A stretch of DNA of 64,000 bases from Octopus bimaculoides (Eukaryota), in contig NC_068981.1 in assembly GCF_001194135.2 (NCBI RefSeq), forward strand, positions 20,186,092 through 20,250,091, read 5' to 3'. Made by a program: the position numbers and the translations under genes. The stretch's first letter is position 1, and every line of letters begins with the position of its first letter. This document shows positions 27,151 through 41,036 of this stretch, in pieces. Below the pieces are notes generated by a model that worked only from the letters and a program-made list of their open reading frames with translations, searched no databases and was not told the DNA's origin.

Positions 27151-28915
27151 ACTTAATATCTATTGAGAACCACAGTCATGATAATGAGGTTGTCATCTTT
27201 CATTATTGAAGATAGTCTGCAGGATGGCTTTATAAGAGGTCCTATTCATCTACTAAGATCTTTGTGGCATATATGTGGAGATACTCTGACTACCTCAATT
27301 ATATTATCTATCCATTTTACTGTTTATAATATGTCAGCTCCCTCTCCGTTTCACCTTTTAGCAATTCTGTTTTGAACATGGCAGGAAGAGGAGGATCTTT
27401 AGTGGTGGGTTGGTAGATTTGTATCTGTTCTCCGCATTTAAAATGATATACTATATAATATTTATTGATAGTTGCTATGCTCTATATCATAGATAGCTGC
27501 TGTGCTATGTAATAGTAGGTTACTGGATTGAAAACATCTAAAATGTAAGCATGTTACTGATTTAAATATAGCATGGCATTAGAACAAGCATTAATTCAGC
27601 AATAAGTTGTTTTATTTATTTATTCATTTTTCATACCAATATCAAAGAACATAAAGTTTCTGATGAGAAACTGAGATTTGGCTTACACTGTACTATTAAA
27701 TGTATTGAAGATGTTTCCTTTTGGATCCTGTAATGAGATTCCATCAATTCTCCTTAATTAGTCTTCTCTGGTGTAGTTTGCTGACTTTACATGTCATCAT
27801 ATCATGAAGATATTAATTTACATCACAAAGATATTTTCAAAACAATGTTACCTGAGTTTTGTGCAATGATCTGTGGAAACAAAATTAGATTTCTATCTTG
27901 AAACAATAAAATAATCAGCAAGTTTCCAATAATTTTATTCTTATTTCCAATATTCCTTCAACTGACATTATTGACAAAAATTCTGAAACTATAATGTAAT
28001 TCTGAAACTGTTTTCTAAGTGTAGCATTGTAGGATATAAATCAATAAAGGAATTTTGAAATATTTAAGTTGATTTCTTCAAAATATGTCTCTCTTTAAGC
28101 TGTTTAAATCTCCTTGTGATCATTGATATCTTCCAATATTCTAGCAAGTGTTACCATAGTGATTTTCTAAAAATGGCTTGTCATGCTGGAAAAATTTTTC
28201 TGAATTATTCTTATGTTCTTTTATGCTTGTAATCTGTAAATATTATATAGAAATAAATCTGTGCTTTCCAAGATTTCTATTTTACTGTTAAATAATTCTT
28301 CCATTTTGGACCATGTTCAAATTTGCCTAAAATTTTCAAAACAGAATAAATATTTCACAAAATGCTGATTTTCCAGAATTTAGGAAAGTAATCATGAGAA
28401 ACAAAAAAAAAAAAAAATTGATGACTCTTCTTCACTTACTCACCTCTATAGGCTTTATACATCTCCCACATGTATATAATCACTAACTTGCTTGAACTAG
28501 CAGTCAAATCTCTCTCGAATAACCCTTTACTATCCACATTGTAAAAATGTAGTCATAGATATATACTGTCTGAAAAATAGATTGGTCATTGTTGCAATGC
28601 CTTGAATCATATATCTAGGTGAGGACAGACTTGAACTAAGCACACGCATTCACACACCATAAACACATGCATACATACGGATATATTTGGAGTTGCTTTT
28701 GTAGGAATCATTATTTGGAATTTTTCATTCCTGATCCCACTCACCAGAAAATTGAAAATGAAAAACCTCAAGTAGCAACATCCTTTGGAATAAATATTAT
28801 TTCATTCCACCAAACAGTACTAGGCACCTCGTTTACTTACATATACACACTTTATTCACATGAGCGCATATGCATTTATTTATATATATGTATTTGTGTG
28901 TGTATGTATATATAT

Positions 28916-28953
<38 letters not shown>

Positions 28954-28957
<4 letters not shown>

Positions 28958-29201
28958 GAGGGAACCCGTGGAAGAAACAGTTGAGGGAACCCGTGGAAGA
29001 GGTAGGCCCAGGAAGACCTGGGCTGAGGTGGTGAGGCAAGACCTTCATACATTGGGCCTCACCGAGGCGATGACTACTGACCGAGACCTTTGGAAATGTG
29101 CTGTGCGTGAGAAGACCCGGCAAGCCAAGTAAGATTGTTGCCAGTGCCCCTGGACTGGCTCTTGTGCGGGTGGCACATGAGATGCACCATTTTGAGCATG
29201 G
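28954..29201 (+). mobile_element. Young 5'-truncated RTE LINE copy in (TA)n, running into a gap
   Basis: Encodes VEGTRGRGRPRKTWAEVVRQDLHTLGLTEAMTTDRDLWKCAVREKTRQAK*, followed by one UTR unit; 22-bp duplication at the 5' junction. Confidence 0.85.
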
Positions 29202-29596
29202 NNNNNNNNNNNNNNNNNNNNNNNNNNNNNNNNNNNNNNNNNNNNNNNNNNNNNNNNNNNNNNNNNNNNNNNNNNNNNNNNNNNNNNNNNNNNNNNNNNN
29301 NNNNNNNNNNNNNNNNNNNNNNNNNNNNNNNNNNNNNNNNNNNNNNNNNNNNNNNNNNNNNNNNNNNNNNNNNNNNNNNNNNNNNNNNNNNNNNNNNNNN
29401 NNNNNNNNNNNNNNNNNNNNNNNNNNNNNNNNNNNNNNNNNNNNNNNNNNNNNNNNNNNNNNNNNNNNNNNNNNNNNNNNNNNNNNNNNNNNNNNNNNNN
29501 NNNNNNNNNNNNNNNNNNNNNNNNNNNNNNNNNNNNNNNNNNNNNNNNNNNNNNNNNNNNNNNNNNNNNNNNNNNNNNNNNNNNNNNNNNNNNNNN

Positions 29597-29663
<67 letters not shown>

Positions 29664-30559
29664 GTCTAAGTTTGAATATATATATATATATATATATTCA
29701 AACTTAGACTCTGATGTTTTTACAGGGGATCGATTCCACAAGGTAAAGGATACTGATGTCTTTACCTTGTGGAATCAATCCCTTGTAAAGAATCGGAGTC
29801 CAAGTTTGAATCTTTTGAGCACTACTAAGCGTCGTCTATATGGAGAATCTCTGGATCTCATCAGTGGAATATATATATAGGCATGTGTACATATTTATAT
29901 ATGCATGTATGTGTTTTTGTCCCCTCGTCTTGACATCACATGATATTTATAAACAAGCATCACCATCATACAAGTCAACAAGTGGTATCGTTTGCTTACA
30001 ATCTTCCATGAAGATATATTGACCATGAGAAAATGTTTCCAACAGATGAAGGTGGGCATAATTACAATTTGTGTCTCAATGAATGTATGCAAACATGGAA
30101 AATTTAACATTAAAAGAAAGATATATTATTTAGGTCATTTGACACCAACCCACCCAATAATGACCTTGATTCTATGGCATAAACTTACTGTTATCAAGTG
30201 ATCTTGATTATAATTTTACATTCAAATTTTGTATTAATTTTTCTTCTAAACACTAGCTTAAAAGTGCTGGAGTTATTTCAAATTGTTATTCATTATTTTT
30301 CATATTAATTGAAATGAAGGGGTTGTATTTCAACAGAAACATGATAACAGAAGAATTAGACAAATCAATGAAAAATGTTGGTTTATTTTCTTATTGAAAT
30401 TTAAGATTCAATTTCATAGATTTCTGTTTTGATTAAAACACTAAATTAACAAATGAATGAATATGGTGTTATAGTTTAGTTGACCTCTCCCCACAAATAA
30501 TGAACTAATCAAACTAATTCTGTATATGAGTGTGACTTTTACTTATCAGTCCTGTGTAA

Positions 30560-32050
30560 TCTTACCACTGACCTTGTGGAACCATTACTCATTAGAGATG
30601 CAAATTGTTTTCTCCAAAACCTAATTTCATCTCCCATTCAAATTTCTCAACACTCATCTGTTCCTTTTACCATCCTTACAACTCTTCAAACCATAAGAGC
30701 ACATTGTACCAATTCTTGCGTTGTTCCATATGCTCTAGACCTAACAAAGACAATACCTGTCATCATGTCAACTAGTAGTGTAATGTACTTCATCTTACTT
30801 CTTTTTGATAACCAATTTGTGATGACCAATGTGGTTGTCACAGAACAATATGTACCTGAAACATTTTCTCTTTACACATCAGTTGTTGCCCCGAATAAGC
30901 CTTTAAACATGCTTGCTCATTGTTTTACATTAGAATTTCCCATGTCAAGCATTAACTTTTAACTATCTGGATTGAGATCTTCAAGCTAGGTTGTTGTATC
31001 AGTGCATTTATAGGTACTCCTCATGACTTAGACTTCTTTACAGTCTGCAATACATAACAGTCTTATTATTGTCACTGCTAGTCTCCTATAGATAAAATTT
31101 CCCAACAATCTTCCCACACCATCAACATTCAGATATACGTAATGTTTTCTAAGAACAGAAGTACTAACTATATCCTACAGTAGAGTAGAGGAATTGATAA
31201 TCCATTCTCATCTAACATGACTATGATATAAACACTACGCCTTTCAAAACAATAGATCTGCATCACTACACCACATTAGCAGTACTGGCTTCAGATGTGA
31301 CTGTAGTGTTAAGAAGATCACTTTGCAACTACATGGATTCCACTGCATGTCACCTTGAAGTGTTTTCAACCATTGACCTCTACCTTGGCTTTCTGGGTGA
31401 AACTTGTTTGACAGAAACAATGTGGAAGCCCTTTTTTGTGTGTGTGTGTGATAGACTTAATATTTGCATGGTTTAAAACCACCTGCTACATAGATGATTT
31501 AATGAATTTCACTGTAAGCTTTTAAACCAGGGCTCCAGTCTAAAAATAACTTCCTTCTTTCCAACAATTACTGTGATCCTGAAAAGTGTCACTGCTACTT
31601 TTGTTCCTCTAAATTATTAAAAATATACACAACTAAAACCTCTCAATTCATACAATTCAGGAACCTCACAATCATTGCTAGTTTTTATAATCATCAATTT
31701 ACTGCTCCCATAACTAGAAGTGACTCCAAAACTTATTGCATATTGGTTCATAATAAGAATCAGAAAGATATTCTCAGCTTCACGGTACCTTTTCATGACT
31801 TAGACTTCTTTACAGTCTACAGTACATAACAATCTTATTTCTGTCACTACTAGTCTCCTATAGATAAAACTTCCCAACAATCTTCCCACACCATCAACAT
31901 TCAGATATTCTACTCTGTAGTCCTCTTTTTCTCTCTTAAGCCTGTTTCTGTTATGGCTTCAGCTAATCGTCTAGAGTTCATATCTAACATTAACGCAATC
32001 AATACTATTCAGTTATTTCTCTCCTCCAATTGATGAAGGCCTGAAAAGTT
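30560..32050 (-). mobile_element. Old LINE endonuclease-region remnant with internal ~116-bp duplication (31021-31136 ~ 31793-31908)
   Basis: Degenerate MVITNW.SKR.K.KYIT and LRGFSCV APE-like motifs; the duplication is directly visible. A SINE A fragment is inserted at about 31260. Confidence 0.5.
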
Positions 32051-32841
32051 AAATCAACAGCCCTTCTTCCACAAATTCATGAAAAAAAAATGTTCATTTC
32101 TGGTAAAGTAACCTTTCATCTACTAACTGTCATATCTTTTACAGTAAACTCATTTTAAAAAACCTATTTCTTGCTTTTAGCATTTTGAGAAATGATCAAA
32201 ACATATTTTTCCAGTGGAGACAGAAAATTTCTAAACTTACTTTTATATTCCATTATCAGCTCTTATATTGGTACATTTTTAATGTGAGCTAATGCAAATA
32301 TTGTTTCATATTTTTTTAATAATGGATATGTAAGTATTTATCTCTGTAATACAAATCCATCTTTCTATTTTGTATAGCAAGTAAACATGCTGCATCCATT
32401 ATTTTTGTCTAGATAGCTCCATGTTAACATTAAAAAAGAAAATGTAGTAAATTTTACTCTATGTTTTCATATCAATTATTTATGAATATGCTTATTTATG
32501 TTATTGTCGATTTTTCACAAAGCCTTTTTATGTTAAACATAAAACAGAAATCCTTGATTTGGAATTTGTTTTAGGAATTATATTCCAATAAAATCCTTGA
32601 TAGGTGTAGGATTAAAATATATAGTCTAATTCAAAGGAATTCAATGATGCTACTTAACCTACCAAACTATATGCCAGATATATTTTCTCTTTGCTTATTT
32701 GTTTTGCTTTCCTGTAACTAGAGTAGGAGACTTACCATAAACCCATTGTTGTTCTTCAGCTTTCATAAAACTCCTACTTTGTAAAATTATTACATCAGCT
32801 ATATAAATTTTGCAAGCACTTCAGTTATGTCAACCTGCATA

Positions 32842-32874
<33 letters not shown>

Positions 32875-34039
32875 ATGTGCATATATGTATGTGTGTGTGT
32901 GTGCATATAAACATGCACATATATAAGCACATAGACACATACATTTGTGCTTGCACACATTGTCACCATATTTATTTATTTGTCTTTTTTTGTTTGTTTG
33001 TTTTTTAGCCTGCCTTTCTATGCAAATTGTCATAATCTCAACCAGCTCTTATTTGGAGTTACTGCCCTCTTAGATGGGACCAAAATTACATCTCTCTCTT
33101 CATTCTATTTTTGGTATGGTCTCTATGGCTTGATATGCTTCTTATTGCTTACCACTTTACTGAGCATACTGAATGCATTGTGGTACCAGCACTAGTGATG
33201 TTGTCTTCTCCCTGGGAAGACTAAAGATTCCTCTATACTATGTGTGTCTTTGGGTTCGTTTCTTTCTTTACACAAGTGATTAAAAAAAAAAAGAATTAGT
33301 GCAAGAAGGGTGTAAGAACAGAACCAAAATGACAGGAACAAGAAAGTGATAGATAGCTACATGAAGGTTGTTGGTAAGGGGATTGAATAGAAGTGATATC
33401 ATTCATTCAGAGTGTATTAAAAGAGAGTGATGAAAGTAGATCAGAGTGAGGAGTGATGAAAGTGAGGGATAATGGAAGAGAACAAGAGCATTAATAGTGA
33501 GAAAGTGATACATGAGAGAGTAAAGGATGAGAGAGATGATAGATAACTACATGATGATTGTTGGCAAGGAGAAAGAATGATAGGAGGGAGCTGGTGATAG
33601 AATAGGCAGTTCTGAGAGTGAGGAGAGGGATGGATATCCAATGATGGTGGAGGGAGTAATGTGAGAGAGAGTTATGGATAACAATGATGATGAGTGATGG
33701 TAGGAAAGTAGAAGTTGGTGAGTATCAGTCATGAGTGATAGTGGAGTAATGGATGAGGAGGTTATAACTAGTAATAAAGATGGATGATGATAAGAAAGGA
33801 TTGCATATGGACAGTTCCAATACAATGCCATCCCTCATTAAATAGGTGGCACAATAGGAGATAGATAGAGTGATAATAAGAAAGTACATTGATTAATGAG
33901 TGAAGTGAGTGATAGATGAGAGCGTAACAAAGGGAGAGAGACTTGATCTGAACATAATAGCCAAGCAAGACTTTAATATAGATGTACATTCTCCATCATG
34001 ACCACCACCATAATTTCTTTTATGTCCTTTTTACTATGC

Positions 34040-34690
34040 TTATTTAGTAAAGTGAGACCTATCTACTACGGTACTTCACTTCAATTTGGAGTCTCTTGAC
34101 ACCACTCTCATGTCTTCCTTGTTCCATCAACTTACAGTGCTTGACACTTCTTTGTACAAATGAGATCCTGTATACATATCATGAGCCCATTCCAGCACAA
34201 TCTTCTCTCTTGCACACAACATCTGATTCCCCTTCTATGTAGTCTTTTATTTTGTGCTTTATTATTCATGCTTACTAACATTACACATTGAAGCATTGTA
34301 TAATCTATCCAGCCTTTACCCAAAGAGGAAATTGCTTTGTTGCAAACCGAGGTAATAAGCTCCTTGATAGCTTTCACTATGTTCATACTCTAGCAGCTAA
34401 GCTTACGGGACACCCATTTCTATTGTTACTTAGGTCACCCAGGAAACAAAAGCTACTAACTACTCCAAACTTATATCTGACATGTACTCTTATTGCTTAC
34501 TGCCCTTCTGCATCTGTCATATATAAAGTTTACTTTCCTTGTTCTTCTGGTGATCCTGCTACACCACTTGAACACCAATGGTTTACACCAGATGTACCTA
34601 CCATTTTCCAATCCAACGAACTCCTTTAGTCGTTGCTTAGTTTACTCTCAAGCTTTTAGATTCTGGGCTTTATTTCCAGGTTTACTATTT
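34040..34690 (-). mobile_element. RTE LINE ORF2 C-terminal remnant
   Basis: Minus strand gives a Cys cluster (WCK..FKWCSRIT..DRC), SSFCFLGDL, NKAISSLGKG and RGIRCCVQERRLCW. Confidence 0.75.
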
Positions 34691-35789
34691 CATCTTTAAC
34701 TGTTTGATTGACTCAGCTATGAAATCTTGGTCATCATCGTCATCAACATTATCACCATTTCAATCTCCAGTTTTCTATGCTGGTACGGGTCATGGTGTTC
34801 ATTGAGGTAGATTCTCTGTAGATGGATGTCTTTCCTGTTGCCAATCCTCGCCGCTTTCCCAGCAAGAAAATATTTTCCCATGGTCAAACATATTTTTGCA
34901 GAAGACTGGAAACAAATGATACATTTTCGTATGCTAGTGACACTCATTTACAACCATCATGTAATGTTGAGACAAAGACATACATACATGTGCACACACG
35001 TACATATTCATACACACACTGTGTCTCCAGACACATGATTTTGACATTCAGATACATGTAGAAGACTGTGTTCTCATTATGAGTTCACCAGCAGACCAAC
35101 AAAGAGACTGGTAGTTGTATGTTGCTCTTTATATATACCATAACACAGAAAGCAATGATGTATGAAAACAGCCAAATTATTAAAAAAAAAAAAATCACAT
35201 ATGCAATTTTCTACACAATGTGAGAGCTCTGAAATTGCTGATATGAATATTGAAAATATAAATTTAAATTTAACCTATGGAAATGAAGTGTTATAGTGGT
35301 AGGTAAAGAAAAAATATTATTTTCGTGCAAAGCAATTAAGGAAATATTTCAATAATAGTGAAAAGAATCAGATTTAGAGTGATAATATTTACAAAGTTAT
35401 GTAAGAATTGCTAGTACAAAGAAATCCTTGAAAATATAATCAAACCACTTATTAAGATAAATATTTTTTATATATATATATATATACATATATCATCATC
35501 ATCATTTAATGTCTACTTTTCCATGCTTGCATAAGTCAGATGGAATTTGTTGATGCAGATTTTATATATATAGGCATGGCTGTGTGTTTAAGAAGCTTGT
35601 TTCTCAATCATATAGTTTTCAGCATGGCACTTTGAGTAAGTATCTTCCATTTCCCATGCCAACCAAAGCTTTAGAGTGAACTTAGTGGATGGAAACTGAA
35701 TGAAGCACATCAAATATACCTCTCTATATACATTACTAGCAATGGGAACAGTGTTAATACCAAAATGTAATTTTTATTGTAAGTACCTT

Positions 35790-36650
35790 GAGAGAATAGT
35801 TGAACCTAAGAAGCATCAGCTGTGGTGTGCAAGAGAGACGATTGCACTGGTATGGGCATGTGGCGAGAATGGATGAGGATAGCTGTGTGAAAAAGTGCCA
35901 CATCCTAGCAGTTGAGGGAACCTGTGGAAGAGGTAGGCCCAGGAAGACCTGGGATGAGGTGGTGAGGCATGACCTTCGAACATTGGGCCTCACCGAGGTA
36001 ATGACTTCTGACCAAGACCTTTGGAAATATGCTGTGCGTGAGAAGACCCAGCAAGCCAAGTGAGACCTAAATCCAAGGCTTCTGCCAGGATGCGTACCTT
36101 CCTACATTGGACACTAAACTCCGCTTGTGAAGACCTGTTGAAGCAAGTGAAATCGAAATTGAAATCAAATTCAATGACAGCACCTCATGACTGACATCCG
36201 TGCCAGTGGAGCGCTAAAAGCACCGTCTGAGTGTGATTGTTGCCAGGGCCACTGACTGGCCCCCATGTCGGAGGCACATAAAAAGCACCATTCGAGCGTG
36301 ATTGTTACCAACATCACCTTACTGGCACGTGGAAAACAACATATGAGCAAGGGCGTTGCCAGTGCCGCTAGACTGGCTCCTGTGCAGGTGACACGTAAAA
36401 ACACCATTTGAGTGTGGCCGTTGCCAGTACCGCCTGACTGACCCTCGTGCCAGTGGCATGTAAAAGCACCCACTACACTCTTGGAGTGGTTGGCGTTAGG
36501 AAGGGCATCCAGCTGTAGAAACTCTGCCAGATCAGATTGGAGCCTGGTGCAGCCATCTCGCTCACCAGTCCCTAGTCAAATCACCCAACCCATGCCAGTA
36601 TGGAAAGCAGACGTTAAACGATGATGAGGATGATGGTGATGATGATGATG
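35790..36650 (+). mobile_element. RTE LINE 3' end: ORF2 C-terminus, 3' UTR unit array, (GAT)n tail
   Basis: LRSISCGVQERRLHWYGHVARMDEDSCVKKC..EGTCGRGRPRKTWDEVVRHDL..LWKYAV is the RTE RLRWxGHVxRM / GRPxxxW signature; stop at about 36061; tail at 36618-36650. Confidence 0.92.
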
Positions 36651-36952
36651 GCCTTGCTTAGAAACTAGTGAGGGTTGGTGGCAGGAAGGGCAGCTGACCA
36701 TAGAATATTTATCTCAATGAGTTTCATTTGGTTTGTGCGGCATGGAAAAGTTTGTAATAAAACAATGATAATGATGTATAACCAGTTTCATTTAATTCTT
36801 TCCAACATGTTTTTCAATGTTACCATGGATTACTTGTAACTTGTTGAGGTAGATTTTTCTCAGTCAAATGCTTTTCTTAATAGTAACCCTTACTTGTTTT
36901 TCAAGTAAGGTATTTTCATTTACATGTTGAGTCAATAAAGCCTCTGAAACTA

Positions 36953-37153
36953 TACATGGAAGTGCTGAAAAGTTCCTGGCTTTGGGTAAAAGAAAATACA
37001 GGAGGATCAGTTAATTATGATTTTATTCAACATATTCCTCTCTCTCAAATTCACACACATATTGCAGTGGTCCTTCAGTGTTTTTTTTTGGGCCCTGTAA
37101 AATAACTCAAAAACTTGGGCCACCAACCAGGAACTTCTTAACACACCCTTGTA
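36953..37153. mobile_element. Mariner-type MITE
   Basis: tacatggaagtgctgaaaagttcctgg ... ccaggaacttcttaacacacccttgta: ~27-bp TIRs with TA ends. Confidence 0.8.
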
Positions 37154-38449
37154 GGACTTTTATTTGATGGAGAATGTGAAAAATGTCACCACTTGCTTAA
37201 GCACTTCTATTGTATACCTGTACATTACTACTGCAAACTTGCATATACAGGACAATTGTGTCAAGTATATAATAGATTGGACTTCTTTTAAGTGGTTAGT
37301 ATGAACAAGGACAAACAATCTCAGAATTTCTCCATCAAAGAATCCCTGCTGTCTATACTAGCAAAGGGAAATGGATATAAAACAGTAAAATATGTATAAC
37401 TCAAATATGTTGCTGTTGTCATAATTGTTTAGCTCAAGGTCAACATTGATCAAATAGACCCTAGCATCAAGAACATTCCAGTTTTGATTATCTTGTTCCT
37501 TTTTCAGAATTAGCATATCTAAAGTTACCCTATCCAATATGTCCTTCATCTTTTAAACTGTACATGTTATATGTAAGTTCAGCAATTCTCTGTATTAGTT
37601 TGGTTTGGCAGATGGGGCCATACCCAGGGCCTTTGCAGACACTCTAAGGCTGATGAAATCATTGTTGTTAACTTTCTGTTTAAACTATTCCAAGGAGAGA
37701 ATATATTTACAGTAATCTACAACTAGTCAACAAATATGCTTCTGTCTTACCAAAATATCTAAACACTTTCTTGTTATTTTCTGTCTCCTTATTGAAACCA
37801 AATCAAGGAAATTGTGGTTTATATGTTTAGGTTGTGAGTTATTTTGAAAACTATTCCTGACAAGAGAATTTCTCAGCTTTCCATTTTAACTGCTTTTAAA
37901 GTAAAGAAATAAGTTTCATACTGCTTCCAAACCAGCTCACTTGATCCACTTGGTCACTTGATCTTGTCACTTATATTATGTCTGCCCTCCCCTCTAAATA
38001 TCCTAACCCACACTAACTACTATACCCAATCCTTCCTCCTCAGCATGTTGACCATCTGGAATTCTCTCTTTGCCCACTTTTTCTCCCACAATCATCAACT
38101 TGCAGTCATTCAAAAAGAATATTAACTATATTAATCTAACCTGTCTGAAAGAGCCTGTGAAGGACAAGAGCACAGACTGCCTATTATTCCAAGCTAAATC
38201 ATTTAAAATTAAAAACAAAAAATTATGTCCATATTTCTGATGAAACCTGCTGTCGAAATTTTCATTAATTTTAAAACTTATTACAAATTTGGTAGATTTA
38301 GTAAAATAACTTTTATATTATTTACTGGTGTTTGGAACATAACAAAAGTTTCTCGGATAAAATTATGATGGAAGATTTTAATTTAAATATAAACAATTAA
38401 AAACATTGTTTTTTTTTATATCAATAAACCAGAGGTGGTCTTAGGCAGG

Positions 38450-38690
38450 TTAGTATCAAAAGAATTAATTTCCCATGATCTGCTGATTCTAAGCATTTTC
38501 AAAGAAGAAAAGCTAGACTTTCTCTTCAAGGCCAGGAAATACTTCAGCTTTGAACAATTGCTGACCTCTACAAGGTACAAGTGTGCACCATATTATAGTA
38601 TTGCTCATATTATAGTATTGTATGTGAAATCATGCAGCTGCTGCTACATACAAGCTTTGTAGTCTGTATCAGAAGACAATGCTATCCAAT
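38450..38690 (+). mobile_element. CR1/L2-like RT C-terminal remnant. A weaker similar remnant lies at 12760-13150 (-)
   Basis: KLDFLFKARKYFSFEQLLT, then frameshifted LYKVQV..YCSY, matching the KKLGFLxRARKY..EQLLTLYK..EYCSH motif. Confidence 0.6.
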
Positions 38691-40364
38691 TAATTAGTAA
38701 GACTTCACTAGAACCATTACAACATTGGTGAGCTGATGAGGAACTTCTGCATAGTCGCTGGACTTGCAAGAAATATCAGTCAAATTCCATTAAAAATAGG
38801 AGTGACATGTTAGATAATGTAAGATCCAGAATCCAAGGAGACTAGCTGCAGTCTGTAACAGCAAAATTCAATCTATGAAAAATAGTTCATGAGGAAAAAA
38901 AAAATCACAGTAAATGAATTTGTTATAAGAAGGGAAAATTTAATATTTCAGACATTATGTTCAGAAATGAGAATATAGAGACTGATAGCATGAGCACAGA
39001 AAGGTGGATGATAATGTAACCACAGGTACTTCTCTAAAAGAAGACAGGATGGTCATGGCTGGAATGTCTTTGATCAAATGACTCTTAACCTAGGATAACT
39101 TGGAGTTAGACTATAACAATTAAAGCACTAATGTACTGTATCTGTTCTCTCTCTCTCTCTCTCTCCGCCTCTCTCTCTCTCTCTCTCTCTCTCCTGTTAT
39201 TGTAGTTCTTGTTCATCAAAACTAATAAGCTACACTCCACCTCCATACAAGCCTCTCTAAGACTCCCACTTCTCATTTCATTCACCTCTGCTGTTTCTCA
39301 CACTCACATTCTGAGCACTTTGCCTCAATCACTCATTCAGAACTGCAACTTTCTACAAGTCCTTCCTTGGCATATTTTACTCAGTAAATATCAACCTACA
39401 GAAGATTAACTTGGAACATCAATTATATCATTTTCACCAACCAACAGCACTCACTCTACAAACTTGTTGCTAGACATGCTAAAAGTAGCTGCCGAATCTC
39501 CCTCCAATCAGGTTTTGACATCTTGGGCAAAAGAAAGACACAGGTAGGTATACATCAGCCTGTGCCGCTGATGTACGCCTCCAATATATGACAGTACAAA
39601 AAGTTCAAAGGACAAGCTGTTAGTTACTGTTTAGCCACAGGCAACCCTGATCCAGTAGGCCTTTAACCAAAAGCATTTGAACTGTGAACACTCAGTATTT
39701 TGAGAGGTGTCTAAGACTACATTATCTCATGTGTCCTTTACATATTTAAGAGTGTAAGGTGTGATTTGAAGGAGATTTGGCTGCTATTCCAAGCAGATTG
39801 AATGACCACCTAGAACCTTTTTTATGAAACTCATAAGTTTTCAAACCATAAACTAAACATTATGAAATTCAGTAATATTTGAAATATATTTTAATCCTAT
39901 TTCTTAAGAACTTTTCTAAGGTTATATTTTACTCTAATTATTTCTCTTCTACACCTCATGACTGTAATTTACTTCCCCTAACTCTATTTTCCTCCTTTTT
40001 ATTTTAATATTTATTTGATTATACTTTGTAAACAATGGCATAGTTGGTTATAGATTTTCAATGGTACAATTGCTGCTTCACTGCATTTACAGTAGCAAGA
40101 GTGATAAAGTGGTATCTGTGACACTTGAGCAGAACAAACATGTTTTTGCTCAAAAAGCAACAGTTTATCAATTTACTTTACAATGTTTACATCTTTCTCT
40201 TGATATACATTAGTGGCATATATCATCATGCGTGTGTGTGTGTGTGTATGTGTGTGTACACATTCACTCTACACATGCATACACATATTTGAAAAATACA
40301 TATATAAAAAATCTGCTTTCCTCCTGCCTCTAGTTTACATATAAAGGTGTATCACTCAAAGATG

Positions 40365-40740
40365 TATTCTCTTTTACTCTCTTTTACTTATTTCAGTCTT
40401 TTGACTGTGGCCATGCTGGAGCACCGCCTTTAGTCGAGCAAATCGACCCCAGGACTTATTCTTTGGAAGCCTAGTACTTATTCTATCAGTCTCTTTTGCC
40501 GAACTGCTAAGTTACGGGGGACATAAACACACCAGCATCGGTTGTCAAGCGATGTTGGAGGGACAAACACAGACATACAAACACATACACACATACATAT
40601 ATATACATATACATATATACGACAGGCTTCTTTCAGTTTCCGTCTACCAAATCCACTCACAATGCTTTGGTCGGCCCGAGGCTATAGTAGAAGACACTTG
40701 CCCAAGATGCCATGCAGTGGGACTGAACCCGGGACCATGT
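40365..40740 (-). mobile_element. SINE family A, head truncated
   Basis: Body matches; the sequence ends just past the B box (gggactgaacccgggaccatgt). Confidence 0.88.
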
Positions 40741-41036
40741 ATATGCATTATTTACATACTCAAGCTGTCACATTTTGGATGTTTTGCTGGCTTAAGAGTG
40801 GAGGGGCCATACATACACAAAACAGTTTTAATTTGTCCTTTTTACTGTAGTTGCACTGGGCTATACAACAACTAATTTGCATTGAAACTTTGACATGTTT
40901 GGGTTCCCTGAAAAAGAATAGAACAAACTGATTCATATTCTCCAGATAAAATCAGTGGAGGAACAGTAAAAATTTGTAAAAGCATTTCGGATTCTCCATT
41001 GAAGGTCCTGGGTGAAGATATGCACACAGTCACATC

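Noticed and set aside
28833-29880. Long ORFs of 190-302 aa
   Set aside because: They read through a 395-N gap and microsatellites.
34820-34880. LAGKAAR, resembling histone H2A LAGNAAR
   Set aside because: The DNA is the common RTE-type 3' UTR; the match is coincidental.
36170-36480. Regularly spaced ~65-bp repeats as a CRISPR array
   Set aside because: Eukaryotic context, no unique spacers, no cas genes; part of a LINE 3' UTR.
38236-38262. ctgatga...gaaa hammerhead-like string
   Set aside because: No proper stem II or III; it lies in the end of a piggyBac-type MITE.
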